From positions 1,056,001 to 1,120,000 of the forward strand of contig CAWHAE010000012.1 of NCBI GenBank assembly GCA_963827235.1: a stretch of DNA of 64,000 bases, read 5' to 3'. The notes beneath the pieces were generated by a model. The model ran no database searches, was not told the DNA's origin, and saw only the letters and a program-made list of their open reading frames with translations. Below, one piece after another: positions 10,483-22,029 of the stretch. Origin of the DNA: an uncultured bacterium (lineage in GTDB: Bacteria > Chloroflexota > UBA5177 > JANWHV01). Within the stretch, counting starts at the first letter, position 1, and each line of letters starts with the position of its first letter. Position numbers and translations under genes: made by a program.

Positions 10483-11355
10483 ATGATCCCTCAGGCACTG
10501 GCGCTTGCTCTCGGAGCCGCCGCGCTGCATGCGACATGGAACGTTCGGCTCAAGACGACCGGGGATCCGTTCCGCGCCTCCACGCGTGCGACGATAGCGT
10601 CGGCTGTCTCGCTGCTACCCGCCGGCTGCCTTGCATGGCTCCTGACCGGGCGCCCGGGCATCCCTGCCGGTATCTGGGTGCTTATCATCCTCTCCGCGCT
10701 GGCGGAGCTCGTCTACCTCATTTTGCTTTCCGCCGCCTACAAGCGGGGCGATCTCTCGCACACCTACGCGGTGGCACGCGGCACCGCGCCGGTGCTCGCC
10801 GTCCTGGCCGGACTGGCACTGGGAGAGCGACTATCGTGGCATGGATATGCCGGCGTCGTGCTGGTCCTGTGCGGCCTGCTCGCCGCCCGGCCGCCGCGCT
10901 CCGCCGGCGGCGCCACGCGATTGGCACTTCTGACCGGCGTCTGCATCGCCTGCTACTCCACCATAGACAGCGTCGGCGTCAGGCACGCGCAGCCGTGGCT
11001 GTACGGTTGGGCAATGTGGTCAGTAACCGCCGTCCTCGCCGCCGTCTGGATACGGGCCGCGGGCCGGCGACAAGCGAAGCGCGGCGGAGCCGCGATAGCC
11101 GCGCTGGGCGCCGGTGTGCAGCCAGCCGGCTGGATGCCGGCACTGATCATGGGCACGATGATGGCGGTCCCGTACCTGATGGTGCTAGTTGCCCTGAGCT
11201 GGGCGCCGTTGCTGATCGTGGCGCCCGTACGCGAGTCGGCGATCGTGCTGGTCACCGTGTGGAGCGTGCTGCGCCTGGGCGAGCGCGAGAGGGCCCCCTG
11301 GCGCGTGGTCGGCGCAGTGGTGGTGCTGGCCGGCATCGTGCTGTTGGCAACGTAG
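10483..11355 (+). CDS. EamA/DMT family transporter
   Basis: About 10 TM segments. HATWN, AYKRGDLSHTYAVARG and APVRESAIV motifs. Confidence 0.88.
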   Translation: MIPQALALALGAAALHATWNVRLKTTGDPFRASTRATIASAVSLLPAGCLAWLLTGRPGIPAGIWVLIILSALAELVYLILLSAAYKRGDLSHTYAVARGTAPVLAVLAGLALGERLSWHGYAGVVLVLCGLLAARPPRSAGGATRLALLTGVCIACYSTIDSVGVRHAQPWLYGWAMWSVTAVLAAVWIRAAGRRQAKRGGAAIAALGAGVQPAGWMPALIMGTMMAVPYLMVLVALSWAPLLIVAPVRESAIVLVTVWSVLRLGERERAPWRVVGAVVVLAGIVLLAT

Positions 11356-11475
11356 GTGAGCAGGATCCTGCGAGATCGCCCGACGGTCGCGACCACGTGC
11401 GGCGCGCTGCGCGGTCGTGCGCTCCCGGCAAGCGCGCTCCGCCGGCCGGAGACCGGCGACGGGCCGCGCGGCATC

Positions 11476-12468
11476 TCACACGCTGCCGATCTCGATCGCC
11501 AGGGCGCCTCGCACGTCGCCGGATCGCAGGCGATCGAAGGCCGTGTTGAGCCGTGCGAGCGGCATGGAGTCGACCTCGCTGCGCACCGGCACACGCGGGG
11601 CCAGGGCCAGGAACTCCTCGCCATCCTGCCGGGTCAGGTTGGCGACCGAGCGCAACACCCGCTCCTCCCAGAGGAGGTCGTACGAGAACGCCGGGATCTC
11701 GCTCATGTGAATGCCTGCGCAGACGACCGTACCGCCGCGGTCGACTGCCCGCAGGGCGGCGGGCACAAGTCCCCCGGCCGGTGCGAAGAGAATGGCAGCG
11801 TCCAGCGGCTCAGGCGACGGTCCCAGCGCGTCGCCTGCCCACTCCGCTCCCAACTCACGCGCGAAGGCCTGCGAGGCCGTGTCATCGCGGCGCGTGAAGG
11901 CGAACACGCGGCGGCCCTGGTGCAACGCGACCTGCGCTACGATGTGAGCCGCCGCACCGAAGCCATAGAGTCCCAGTCGCAGGCCGTCCCCGGCCATGCG
12001 CAGCGCCCGATAGCCGATCAGGCCGGCACAGAGCAGCGGTGCCGCCTGCAGGTCGGGATAGCCGGCCGGGATGCGAAAGCAGTAACGCGAGTCGGCAACG
12101 CAATACTCGGCATAACCGCCGTCGATCGTGTAGCCGGTAAAGCGCGCCGCCCGGCAAAGGTTCTCGCGGCCGGCAAGACAGTAGCGGCAAACGCCGCAGG
12201 TGAAACCGAGCCACGGCACGCCGACCCGGTCGCCCGGCGCGAAGCCGTCGACGCCGGCGCCCAGCTCCTCGACTATGCCCACGATCTGATGGCCGAGCAC
12301 TAGCGGCAGCTTCGGCTCGGACAATTCGCCGTCCAGCACGTGCAGGTCGGTCCGGCAGACGCCGCACACGTGCACGCCGAGCAAGACCTGGCCGGGTCCC
12401 GGCGACGGTCGTTCGATCTCGGCTTCCTGCACGGGCTGCCGGGGCTGGGTCAGGACCATCGCACGCAT
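11476..12468 (-). CDS. Zinc-dependent alcohol dehydrogenase family protein
   Basis: CGVCRTDLH, GHQIVG, structural Zn CGVCRYC...ENLC, GLYGFGAAA. Confidence 0.93.
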   Translation of the reverse strand: MRAMVLTQPRQPVQEAEIERPSPGPGQVLLGVHVCGVCRTDLHVLDGELSEPKLPLVLGHQIVGIVEELGAGVDGFAPGDRVGVPWLGFTCGVCRYCLAGRENLCRAARFTGYTIDGGYAEYCVADSRYCFRIPAGYPDLQAAPLLCAGLIGYRALRMAGDGLRLGLYGFGAAAHIVAQVALHQGRRVFAFTRRDDTASQAFARELGAEWAGDALGPSPEPLDAAILFAPAGGLVPAALRAVDRGGTVVCAGIHMSEIPAFSYDLLWEERVLRSVANLTRQDGEEFLALAPRVPVRSEVDSMPLARLNTAFDRLRSGDVRGALAIEIGSV

Positions 12469-12811
12469 CGCCGCCCCTCAACGCTGGTCGAGTCCACGCC
12501 GTGCCTTTCGACGGCCGGCGCCATCCCTGTGCTCATGGTACAGCCGCCTCGGCGATGCGGGGTTGATGCCCGGCGCCGAAGGATGCGGCCACCGGCGGCG
12601 TCCTGGCTCAGGCTTTCACTCGGCGGACAGCTTGCCGGCGAGATACCCGTCGTATTCGGTCGCCACGACTCGGCCGAGCCCCTGCCGACCAAGCGCGAGG
12701 GTCGAGTTCGGTGCTACCCTGGTCTCGGGAACCGTGAACCAATATGCCGGACAAGGCCCCGGCGAAGACCGCGACAGAGCGGCCGTGCCCAGCGCCGGAA
12801 GAATGCACGCC

Positions 12812-13378
12812 ATGAGCGGGGAAGATCGAGTGAATCCGAACGCCACGTTGCTGGACCGCGCGAGTTGCGCGCTGATGGTGATCGACGCACAGGAGCGGCT
12901 GCTCCCGGCCCTGAGCGGTGCCGAGAAGGCCGTGGCCAACATCGTCAGGCTGGTGAGATTCGCCAAGATCGTCGGGCTGCCCGTGCTCGTCACGGAGCAG
13001 CAGAAGCTGGGACCCACTGCGCCGGAGATCCGGGCGGAGCTGGCCGGCGTGGAGCCGCTGCTCAAGATGGAGTTCGACGGCCTGCTCAACCCCGCCGTGC
13101 GCGATCGGGTGCAGAGCCTGCAGAGGAGCACGCTCATCCTGGCCGGCTTCGAGGCCCACGTCTGCGTGACGCTGACCGCGATCCACGCGGCCGAGACGCA
13201 TCTCGTGCACGTGGTGAGCGACGCCGTCGCCTCGCGCGATCCCGAGAACAAGGCCGTCGCTCTGGGGCGTCTCCGTCGCGCGGACGTGGTGGTCACCTCC
13301 ACGGAGACGGCGATCTACGAGATACTGCAGCGAGCGGGAACGGATGAGTTCCGGTCCGTTCTGGCCGTCGTCAAGTAG
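12812..13378 (+). CDS. Isochorismatase-family cysteine hydrolase
   Basis: LMVIDAQERL, TEQ..LGPT, GFEAHVCV, DAVASR. Confidence 0.9.
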   Translation: MSGEDRVNPNATLLDRASCALMVIDAQERLLPALSGAEKAVANIVRLVRFAKIVGLPVLVTEQQKLGPTAPEIRAELAGVEPLLKMEFDGLLNPAVRDRVQSLQRSTLILAGFEAHVCVTLTAIHAAETHLVHVVSDAVASRDPENKAVALGRLRRADVVVTSTETAIYEILQRAGTDEFRSVLAVVK

Positions 13379-14084
13379 AATCCGGCATGACCTCCGCATT
13401 ACGGTTTGCCGGCTGCTTGGTCAGACGGTCGGCCAGGCGCGCGGGCTCCGGCAGCCGATAGCCGCGCAGGCAGCGCATCACGATGTCGACTGCCGTCTCC
13501 AGGCCGACTTTGTGACCGCTGCTGATGAACAGCGGCCGCGTGCGAGCCTTCGTGCGTACAACCCGGCCGATCGTTTCGCCATGCCGATCGAACAGCGGCG
13601 AGCAGTCGCCGGCTATCGGACCTGGCTCCACGTACGTGCCGGTGAGCCGGGACTTGGCGCACCCGATTGACGGTATGCCGGTAACCACGCCCAGATGGCT
13701 GGCGATGCCGATGCGCCGCGGATGCGCGATGCCGTGCCCATCCACGAGCAACAGCTCCGGCCGGGTGCGCAGCTTGGCGAGCGCGTCCAGGAGCGCGGGG
13801 ATCTCGCGGAACGAGAGCAGGCCGGGAATATAGGGAAACGTCGTTTCTCTGGTCGCTGCCGCCTCTTCGATCACCCGGAGGTCGGGAAAGGAGAGCACGA
13901 CGACAACGGCCCTGCTCACGTCCCGGTACGAAGCGTCCACTCCGGCGATCGTCGTCAGCTTCTCGGGCTCGAAACCGTCCCGCGCCTCGACCTGCAGCGC
14001 CAGCTCACGCTGCAGTGCGATTGCCTGCTCGACGCTCGCATCCCACCATTGCTCCACGGCCGTGTTCTCTCCTCGTGGCAGCAT
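13371..14084 (-). CDS. nfi: Endonuclease V (deoxyinosine 3' endonuclease)
   Basis: AGVDASY, FPYIPGLLSFRE, LVDGHGIAHPRRIGIASHLG, GCAKSRL, YRLPEPAR. Confidence 0.95.
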   Translation of the reverse strand: MLPRGENTAVEQWWDASVEQAIALQRELALQVEARDGFEPEKLTTIAGVDASYRDVSRAVVVVLSFPDLRVIEEAAATRETTFPYIPGLLSFREIPALLDALAKLRTRPELLLVDGHGIAHPRRIGIASHLGVVTGIPSIGCAKSRLTGTYVEPGPIAGDCSPLFDRHGETIGRVVRTKARTRPLFISSGHKVGLETAVDIVMRCLRGYRLPEPARLADRLTKQPANRNAEVMPDST

Positions 14085-14239
14085 ACCAGCCGGACGATCA
14101 GCGCGGCGCGCTCGCCTCTAGCTAGTACGATCGGTTCTCTTGCCTGCCGGTCTGATGCAGCGTACTCCGGGCGCGTATGACGGCAGTCACGGAGCGCGTC
14201 TCGCTGGATCCTGCCGGCCGGGTCGAGTCCAGGGGCTGG

Positions 14240-17200
14240 CTACCGGCGGTGGCCGGCCGGCTGCAGGAACAGCCGCAGCGTGCGGATCTCGAATGGGCCG
14301 AGCTCCAGCTCGACACTGCCGTCATCCGCCGCGACGTCACGGTCGTGCTGTTCTATCAGGTCGACTTCGCAGACCCGGGCCAAGGGGAATGCGCTGTACA
14401 GCCTGGTGCGAATCGACTTCCCATGCGATTCGTAGAGCCGCACTATGACGCCTTCGCCCAGCTCAGCCTGTTTCACGGTCTCGACTACGACATTCGAGGC
14501 ATCGACCTGGAAGAACCACGCCGTCGCCGGCGCAGTGCCTGCGTGCGGCGGGACCAGGCACGGCGTGAGCGGGACGTTCAGCTCGTAGCCGGCGCGTTCC
14601 ACCCGGCCTGCCGAGGGTCCACCTGCATGAGGATAGAGCGCATAAGTGAACGCGTGCGTAGCCCGATCGGCAACCGGATCCGGGTAGTCGGGACTGCGCA
14701 GCAAGTTGAGGCTGATCACATTGCGCTCGACGCCGTAGCCATACTTGCAGTCGTTGAGTAGCGCCACGCCGTAGTCGACCTGCGAGAGGTCGGCCCATTT
14801 CTGCCCACACACCTCAAATCTCGCCAGATCCCAGCTCGTGTTGCTGTGCGTCGGGCGCCTGATGGAGCCAAACTGGATATCGAACGTGGCCTCCGTCGCG
14901 CGAACCGCCAGCGGGAAGCGGGCGCGCAACATCTTGCCCCGCTCGCGCCAGTCGACGGTGGTGACGAAGTCGAGGCGCCTGCTCCCCGCGGTCAGCACGA
15001 CCTGCTGCTCGAGGCGGGAGCCGCCCACGGCGAAGATCTGGCGTACGACGGCCCGGGGTCCGTCGACCAGCGCATCGCTCGACTGCAGCACTGCCCGCTC
15101 CGGCGGCCTCGACGCGTAGTCCATCGGGATGTCCCAGGCGTCGCCGCGGTCTTGATACAGCAGCAGGGCGTTGCCCGGCTCTTGCGCGGAGACGACTTCG
15201 CGATCGTGCTCTTTGTCGAACAGCGAGCTGATCGTGCCGTCGGGCGCGAGGCGCACCCGCAACTTGTCGTTCTCCAGCAGGCCGGCGCTCGCCACGAGAT
15301 TCCCGGGCATGGGCTGGGACTCCGCCCAGTCCACGGTGGTGTAGCCGAGTGCCGGCACGGTGACGCGGCGCCAGCGACCGTCGAGCTGGATCCACTGATC
15401 CCGCTCCCAGGACAGGGAGTTCATGATGACGGCGGGCTGGGTCAGGGCATGCGTGTCGACGTCCGCCAGGAGCGCGGCCCTTGATGCGCCGATCAGCGTC
15501 TCGGTCTCCTCGAGCAACGCGGCGTAGCGAGCGAGCGACTCCTCGTAGACACGGGTGATCGACGAGCCGGGCAGAATGTCGTGGAACTGATACAGGAGCA
15601 TCTCTTTCCAGATGCGCTCCAGCTGCGCTGCGGGGTAGCCATAGCCCGACACCCTGCAGGCGAGCCATGACGAATCAGCTCCAGCTCGCGCAGGGAGAGC
15701 TCCAGCTTGCGGTTGGCCCGCTTGTTTCTGGCCTGGGTCGTGTAGGTACCCTGGTGCCGCTCGAAATACAGCTCGCCAACCCACGTCGCATAGTCATCCG
15801 TCTCCTTCGCGATGCGGTCGAAGAACTGCTCGGCAGGCTCCTGCGATACCGGCGACAGGCCGGCAAGATCTCGCTCGCGCGCCAGTCGCTCCAGGTGCTC
15901 TTCGCCCGGCCCGCCGCCGCCGTCGCCTATACCGAACAGCAGCAGCGCATGCTCCGAGAGCTGTTTATCCGCGAAGCCGCGCTCAGTCGCCATCAGGGCC
16001 CGAGGTGCGGCCGAGCTGTTGTACGTGCCTTCCGGCGGCATGTGACAGAGCACCTTGCTGCCGTCGATGCCTTCCCAGTAGAACGTGTGGTGCGGGAAGG
16101 CGTTGACGACGTTCCAGGAGATCTTGATCGTCATGAAGTAGTCCACACCGGAACGCTTCAGGATCTGCGGCAGGGCGCCGGAGTAACCGAACACGTCGGG
16201 CAGCCAGCAGGTGCGCGGCACGCGGCCGAACTCCTCGAGGAAGAAGCGGCGACCGTAAAGCAGCTGCCGCACCAGTGCCTCGCCGCCGGAGATGTTGGTA
16301 TCGGGCTCTACCCACATCGCTCCCTGCACTTCCCAGCGGCCGGAAGCGATCTGCTCGCCGACCCTGGCGTACAGCGACGGATAGTAGTCTTTCACCCACT
16401 GGTAGAGCTGCGGCTGGCTGGCGCCGAACACGTATTCGGGATACCGCTCCAGCAGGGCCAGGGCGGTGGCAAAGGTTCGACCCCCTTTGCGGATCGTCTC
16501 GCGGAGCGGCCAGAGCCAGGCCAGGTCGATGTGCGCGTGACCGGTAGCGCTGACGGTGAGCGACGGGGTGCCGCCGCGCTTGGCCAGCTCAGGGGCCAGG
16601 TGGCCTCGCGCCACGGCAGCCTCCTGCTCCGAGTAGCTGCAGAGCTCGCGCTCCGCCCGGGCGAGGGCAGCCAGGATGCGTTGATGACGGGCGCTCTCCC
16701 GGGGCAACAGAGTCATCAGCTCGTGCAGCACCGAAAAGTCGTACGAAAGCGCTCGCATCTCCTCGTTGCAGACGGCGATGTGCGCCTCCTTGAGCGTGCC
16801 GCTGTCCGGGTACTTGCCGAACAGGTCGTTGCAGCCGGCCTCCACCCAGAGGTCTACAGGCTCGCCTCCCTGAGCCGCGTCCAGGAACGGGACCACGCGC
16901 TTGCCGGGACGGCCCAGCGAGTAGTCGAAGTCGGACGATACGGTGGTGAGGCCGAGCACGGGCGAGCCCAGGCCGTCGACCACGCATCCTTCGCCGCTCA
17001 GGTCAATCAGCAGCACCACCCGGTGGCCTGCTGCGGCCTCGGGCACCGCGCCCATGAAGCGAAACCAGGCGCAGTCCCAGAGCGCGCCCCAGCTCTGGCC
17101 GATTGCCACGGACGTCTCGCGTCCGGCGTTGCGCTCGGCAAAGGGTACCGGCTCCGGTGTGATCCACGCCTTTGCCTCCAGGGTCGCCACGGGCGTGTAC

Positions 17201-17268
17201 ACCGCGCGCTCTATTCCGTCGAGCGCCGTTTTCAGCTGCTCGAGCGTTTGCTCATCAAAACGAGCCAC
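14240..17268 (-). CDS. Alpha-mannosidase, GH38, frameshifted near 15665
   Basis: GHAHIDLAWLWP, WLPDVFG, GDGGGGP, WVGELYFERHQGTYT, QFHDILPGSSI, LLNDCKYG. Split over ORFs 15493..17268 and 14240..15784. Confidence 0.93.
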
Positions 17269-17339
17269 ACTTGACCTCCGGCGAGCCGTCGCACCGAGTG
17301 CAATTCATCCTGTACCTCACCATAGCACGGCGCGTGTGA

Positions 17340-18263
17340 TTATCCCTTGATACCGACCGAAGCAAAGCCCTGGACCAGGTAACGCTGGAAGAGGAAGAAG
17401 ATCACGATGGTCGGGAGCATGGCCAGCATGGCAGCCGCGAACAGCAGCGGGTAGTTGGGAATCTGTTGCGCGATCTCCAGGCTGGTTGCGTACGAGGTCA
17501 CGCCTGTGGAGATGGGCGTGATGTCGACGTTGGTGGCTCCCGAGGTAAAGATGAGCGGAGTGAGATAGTCGTTCCAGACGGCGATCACGCTTGGAGTCGC
17601 CGTACTCAGCACCGCTACCGTGATCATCACCGGCTTCATCATCGGCAGGTAGATGGAGAAAATCACCCGCAGCACGCCCGAACCGTCGATGCGCGCGGAC
17701 TCATCATAGTCGATCGGCACCGACTGGATCGTCTGCCGCACAAAGAAGATGGAGAAGGCATTGACAAGGCCCAGGCTGAGCAGCGCCCACCACGAGTCAT
17801 ACATCCCGGTGCCGCCGGCGCCCAAGATGTTGTTGCCGCCCAGCAGCGGGCAGCGCGAGATCATCACGAAGATTGGGGCCAGGGTCACCGTGCCGGGCAC
17901 CATCAGCGAGGCCAGCAGCAGCATGAAGCAAATGCCGCGCCCAGGAAATCGCAGGCGGGCGAACGCATAGCCCGAGGTCAGCGACAACAAGGAGGGGATG
18001 ACCGCGAACCAGGTGCACCGGATGGCGCTATTGCGAAGCCACATCCAGAGATCCGGGTTTTTCAGCATCGTGTTCACGTTGTCCAGTGTGAAGTGGACGG
18101 GCACCGGCAGGACGACTGCCTGCTCATAATCCGGGATGGTGCAGAAGCTGGCCAGCACGCCAAATACAAACGGATACGCCATAATCGCGCCGCCGATAAG
18201 CAGCAGGGCGTGAATGCTTGCGGAGCCGGCGTGGCGGCGCGCGAACGTCGCAAGTGCGGTCAC
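17340..18263 (-). CDS. Carbohydrate ABC transporter permease (MalG-like)
   Basis: GYAFARLRFPG, EAA-like ESARIDG, WNDYLTP, QRYLVQG. Confidence 0.93.
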   Translation of the reverse strand: MTALATFARRHAGSASIHALLLIGGAIMAYPFVFGVLASFCTIPDYEQAVVLPVPVHFTLDNVNTMLKNPDLWMWLRNSAIRCTWFAVIPSLLSLTSGYAFARLRFPGRGICFMLLLASLMVPGTVTLAPIFVMISRCPLLGGNNILGAGGTGMYDSWWALLSLGLVNAFSIFFVRQTIQSVPIDYDESARIDGSGVLRVIFSIYLPMMKPVMITVAVLSTATPSVIAVWNDYLTPLIFTSGATNVDITPISTGVTSYATSLEIAQQIPNYPLLFAAAMLAMLPTIVIFFLFQRYLVQGFASVGIKG

Positions 18264-18287
18264 ACTCTATTCCTCATTTCTTGCCGC

Positions 18288-19205
18288 CTACTCGACTGCG
18301 CTGCGCCCCACGGTGCGCAGGCTGATCACGGTAAGAACCATGCAGATCAGCGCTAATACCACCGACGTGGCGCAGGCGTTGCCGAAGCGGCTGTTCAAGA
18401 AAGCATCCTTGTAGATAGACCACACCACCACGTTCGTCGCACCCAGCGGACCGCCCTGGGTCAGAAGCTGTACCGGGATCAGGATCTGCAAATCCCAGAC
18501 CGCCGAGGTAATAAGGACAAAGGTAGTGACCGGTCTGAGCAGGGGCAGCGTCATGCGATAGAAGATAGTCAGATTGCCGGCGCCGTCGATGCGCGCCGCC
18601 TCGTAAAGCGAGACGTCGATGCCCTGAAGCCCGGCCAGGAAGAGGATCATGGAGTTACCCACGCCCTGCCAGGTGGTCATCACGACGATCCAGAAGGTCA
18701 TCCAGAAACCGCTCAGGCTCCAGTAAATGGGCGAGTGCCCCGCGGAGGTCACGATGCGGTCGAAAATGCCGTTCGTGGGATCGAGGAAGGAGGAAAACAT
18801 CTGCACCACGATCGCCTGCGACACGACCACGGGCAGGTAGAACAGGGTACGGTAGACGCCGCGGCCCCGCACCTTCGTATTTAGGAGCAGGGCGAGCACG
18901 AAGGCCAGGGGGATCCCCAGAGCCATCAGCAGCGCGGCGATCACAAAGGTGGTGGTAAAAACGGACTGCTGGTAATTCCAGATATACCGGTAGTTCTTGA
19001 GGCCGACCCACACCGGCGAGCCCTGGATGCCGTTCCACTTCGTGAAGGAAATCGCCACTACGGCGCCGATCGGCACCAGACCCATGATGCCGTAGTACAG
19101 CATCATCGGCCCCACGAGGAGCCAGCCGGTCAGGCCCTCCCGCCTGCCGCGCGTCCAGAACCCACGCCGCGGGCGCGGCGTGTCCATGGCAACTGAGCTA
19201 TTCAT
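18288..19205 (-). CDS. Carbohydrate ABC transporter permease (MalF-like)
   Basis: VGLKNY, RTLFYLP, LAGLQGI...YEAARIDGA. Confidence 0.93.
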   Translation of the reverse strand: MNSSVAMDTPRPRRGFWTRGRREGLTGWLLVGPMMLYYGIMGLVPIGAVVAISFTKWNGIQGSPVWVGLKNYRYIWNYQQSVFTTTFVIAALLMALGIPLAFVLALLLNTKVRGRGVYRTLFYLPVVVSQAIVVQMFSSFLDPTNGIFDRIVTSAGHSPIYWSLSGFWMTFWIVVMTTWQGVGNSMILFLAGLQGIDVSLYEAARIDGAGNLTIFYRMTLPLLRPVTTFVLITSAVWDLQILIPVQLLTQGGPLGATNVVVWSIYKDAFLNSRFGNACATSVVLALICMVLTVISLRTVGRSAVE

Positions 19206-19239
19206 CCTGCCGAAGACTCCCCTGATCGTATGCCCGGGC

Positions 19240-19270
19240 CCCCGCCGTCCCACCTCTAGGGACGGCGGGG
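19240..19270 (-). terminator. Intercistronic stem-loop between the binding-protein and permease genes
   Basis: Perfect 12-bp stem CCCCGCCGTCCC/GGGACGGCGGGG with a 7-nt loop, in the usual position for an mRNA-stabilising or attenuating hairpin. Confidence 0.6.
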
Positions 19271-19316
19271 ATGCCGCGCTAGGCCGCGGTGGAGATCAAG
19301 CCCGGGTACGCCGCAC

Positions 19317-20639
19317 CTATTGCGCCAACTGGGCTTCGATGTCCGACTGAGCCTTCTTGATCAGGCTTGCGACCGGCTGCTGGGTGGTGAACAGACCGCT
19401 CTGCAGGTCGTAGATCGAGGAGTAGCAGTTGGCGTTGTTCTCGGGGAAGACCGGCAGCCCGGAGATCTGTCCCTGCTGCAGGCCCTTGAGGAAGGGCAGC
19501 TGCATCGCGCTGGTGGTGGGATCGGCGATCACTTTGGCGAGCTCTACCGTATTGGCCGGCAGCTCACCGTTGTACTGCCAATTCAGGGCCGACGCCTCGG
19601 CGGAAGCAATATAGTTCACGAATGCGAGGGCCAGATCCTTGTGCTGAGCCAGCTTGGGCACGCCAAACATCATATTGCCCACGACCACGTTGCCGGCGTG
19701 TCCACCGGTCGGGATGGGAAGGAACGTGACGCCGCAGTCCAGGTGGTAAGTCTTGCAGCTAGGCAGATCCCAGCCGCCGTTGACCGTGAATCCGGCCTTG
19801 CCGGCATACCAGCCATCGGTATAGAACTTGCCTTCGTCGGTGGTTGCAGCCAGTGCCGGGGACTGGGTCGCCGCGAGCTGGCGCAGGAAGGTCAGGGCCT
19901 TGAGGTTTGCCGGGGTATCGATGGTCGGCGTGACGCCGTCCTTCGCGGTGAAGTCACCGCCGAGCTGGCGCAGGAAGGGCGCCAGGCGGAAAGTGGCACC
20001 CAGACCCGTGGTGGATTGCACCGCGGTGCCGGAGACGCCGTTGCCCAGGGCGTGGATCTTCTGCGAATCGGTCAGCCACTCGTCCCAGGTAGTCGGCGGC
20101 TTATTGGGATCCAGGCCCGCCTTCGTGAAGAGCGCTTTATTGTAGTACAGCTCGAAGATGCCGGTCTGCACGGGAACCGCGTAGGCAACTCCGTTGTACA
20201 TGCCGACTGAAAGCGCACCGGCCACCATCTGGCTCTGCAGCGAGCCCAGGTTCACCGGCAGGAGAATGCCGTCGCGTGCATATTCGGGGAAATCCGTCTC
20301 ACCGGTGATCACGTCCGGCGCGTTGCCGGCGGCCACGTTGAGCAAGAACTTCTGGCGCAGAGTATCACTCCAGCCCCAGTTGAGGAATTTGATCGTGACG
20401 CCGGGATGCGCCTGCTCAAAGGCCTTGACTATAGCGTTGGTGTACTTCAAAGCAGATTGACTGGACTGCGTCTTCAGCGTCGGGTCAGTAAACGGGTACG
20501 AATAGGTGACAGTCAGGGTTACCTGGGAGGCGGCGGCGGCGTGCCGCGTGTAGGCGAGTGGGCTGATCGAGCCGGCAAGCACGCTTGCCAACGTGATAGC
20601 GCCGATCGTCAGCGTCCGGAACGCATGTCTCATGACCAT
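19317..20639 (-). CDS. Sugar ABC transporter substrate-binding protein
   Basis: Signal peptide, FEQAHPGVTI, AAGNAPDV, LYYNKALFTKAGLDPNKPPTTWDE. Confidence 0.92.
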   Translation of the reverse strand: MVMRHAFRTLTIGAITLASVLAGSISPLAYTRHAAAASQVTLTVTYSYPFTDPTLKTQSSQSALKYTNAIVKAFEQAHPGVTIKFLNWGWSDTLRQKFLLNVAAGNAPDVITGETDFPEYARDGILLPVNLGSLQSQMVAGALSVGMYNGVAYAVPVQTGIFELYYNKALFTKAGLDPNKPPTTWDEWLTDSQKIHALGNGVSGTAVQSTTGLGATFRLAPFLRQLGGDFTAKDGVTPTIDTPANLKALTFLRQLAATQSPALAATTDEGKFYTDGWYAGKAGFTVNGGWDLPSCKTYHLDCGVTFLPIPTGGHAGNVVVGNMMFGVPKLAQHKDLALAFVNYIASAEASALNWQYNGELPANTVELAKVIADPTTSAMQLPFLKGLQQGQISGLPVFPENNANCYSSIYDLQSGLFTTQQPVASLIKKAQSDIEAQLAQ

Positions 20640-20846
20640 GTTCCTCTCAACCACAACAGGAATCGTGTTCTGTTACCCTGAAAGAAGATGCGAAGCTCCG
20701 CTTGTCGCGCGTGTTTCCATCCGGCGGTGTGCGCGCTCAGGATACGAGCATTGGCGTGTCTATCCTAAGCGCGTACGCCGTCTTTTCTTTGTACGATGTG
20801 CTCTCGCGGATCCCGGGAGGCTAACGCCATCCGGAATGGGAACCGC

Positions 20847-22010
20847 TCAGCTCTTGAGGACTGCCGGCCGCGCAGGCACGGCGCAGGTGGCCCCCGGCCG
20901 GAGCACCGCAGGCACCTGGATTGCTTCTGTCGTCGTCGTATCGTCCATAAGTTGGCAGACCAGCCGTGCAGCTTCGTATCCGATCGTGTACTCTGACTGG
21001 TCCAGCCAAGCTACCGGATCGCCGTCACCCCCTTTCCCAAAGAGTCGTTCGAATCCGTGGATAGGACCCCCCAGATCGAAACCGATCAGCGACAGGTCCC
21101 CGGGTATACGTACGTTGAGCCGGGCGGCGGCATCGCTCACCCGCTGCGCGTCGAATATGGAGATAGCAATCACGGCAGTAACGTCTGGGTGCGCACGCAG
21201 CTTGGCGCACAGGAAATCGACCGCCGCATCGTGTTCCGGGCCGGGACCGGCCTCCTGAATCCAAAGCAGGTCGTCGTCTGCCGGCAAGCCGGCGGACTTG
21301 ATACTCTCGGAATAGCCGCGCACGCGCTCGAGTATGCTTTTCGTGGACTTGGGATATGCCGAGTCCACCGAGGCCAAGGCGATGCGCCTATGCCCCAGCC
21401 TTTGCAGATAGCCAACGGCCTGGGCCGTGCCGCCTGCATGGTCGCCCACGACCCGCGAGACGTCGATGCCCGGTAACCAGCGGTCGACCAGCACCAGCGG
21501 GAATCGCTCCAGCGAGAGCCGCACGATCTGCTCGTTGTACAGCTCTCCTTCCACCGGGAACACGATGAGGCCCTGGACGCCGGCCCGCACAAAGCTGTTG
21601 ACGAACTCACCTTCCTTACTGCGATCGTTCAGGGAAGCCCCGAACAGCAGATGTATGTGACGCTCCGCGAGACCGGCAGCAATCCCGGCAAACATGCGAG
21701 AAGCAAACGCGTCGGCCACGGTCGGCACGATGACGCCGACGGTTGCAGGCTGGGCCACGGGAGCCGCCGCCTCCTTCGCCACCGGCGCCGCGGCCGCGTC
21801 GTCTGCCTGGACCTTGACGAAGGTGCCTTTGCCCGGAATGCGTACGATGAGCCCGTCCGCCACCAGGAGGGACAACGCCTTCTTGATCGTAGGTGTGCTT
21901 ACCTCGAATTGCTCGGCGAGACGCGGCTCGGTCGGTAACTGCGTGCCGTAGGTCTGATCGTGGATGCCTCGGCGCAGCGTATCGGCAATTCTGAGGTAGT
22001 CCGGCTCCAT
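20847..22010 (-). CDS. GntR-HTH plus LacI-type sugar-binding domain regulator (AraR-like)
   Basis: N-terminal LPTEPRLAEQFEVSTPTIKKAL...GKGTFV. C-terminal periplasmic-binding fold (LGHRRIAL, IPGDLSLIGFD). Confidence 0.9.
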   Translation of the reverse strand: MEPDYLRIADTLRRGIHDQTYGTQLPTEPRLAEQFEVSTPTIKKALSLLVADGLIVRIPGKGTFVKVQADDAAAAPVAKEAAAPVAQPATVGVIVPTVADAFASRMFAGIAAGLAERHIHLLFGASLNDRSKEGEFVNSFVRAGVQGLIVFPVEGELYNEQIVRLSLERFPLVLVDRWLPGIDVSRVVGDHAGGTAQAVGYLQRLGHRRIALASVDSAYPKSTKSILERVRGYSESIKSAGLPADDDLLWIQEAGPGPEHDAAVDFLCAKLRAHPDVTAVIAISIFDAQRVSDAAARLNVRIPGDLSLIGFDLGGPIHGFERLFGKGGDGDPVAWLDQSEYTIGYEAARLVCQLMDDTTTTEAIQVPAVLRPGATCAVPARPAVLKS

Positions 22011-22029
22011 CTAGCACCCTACTATTCAC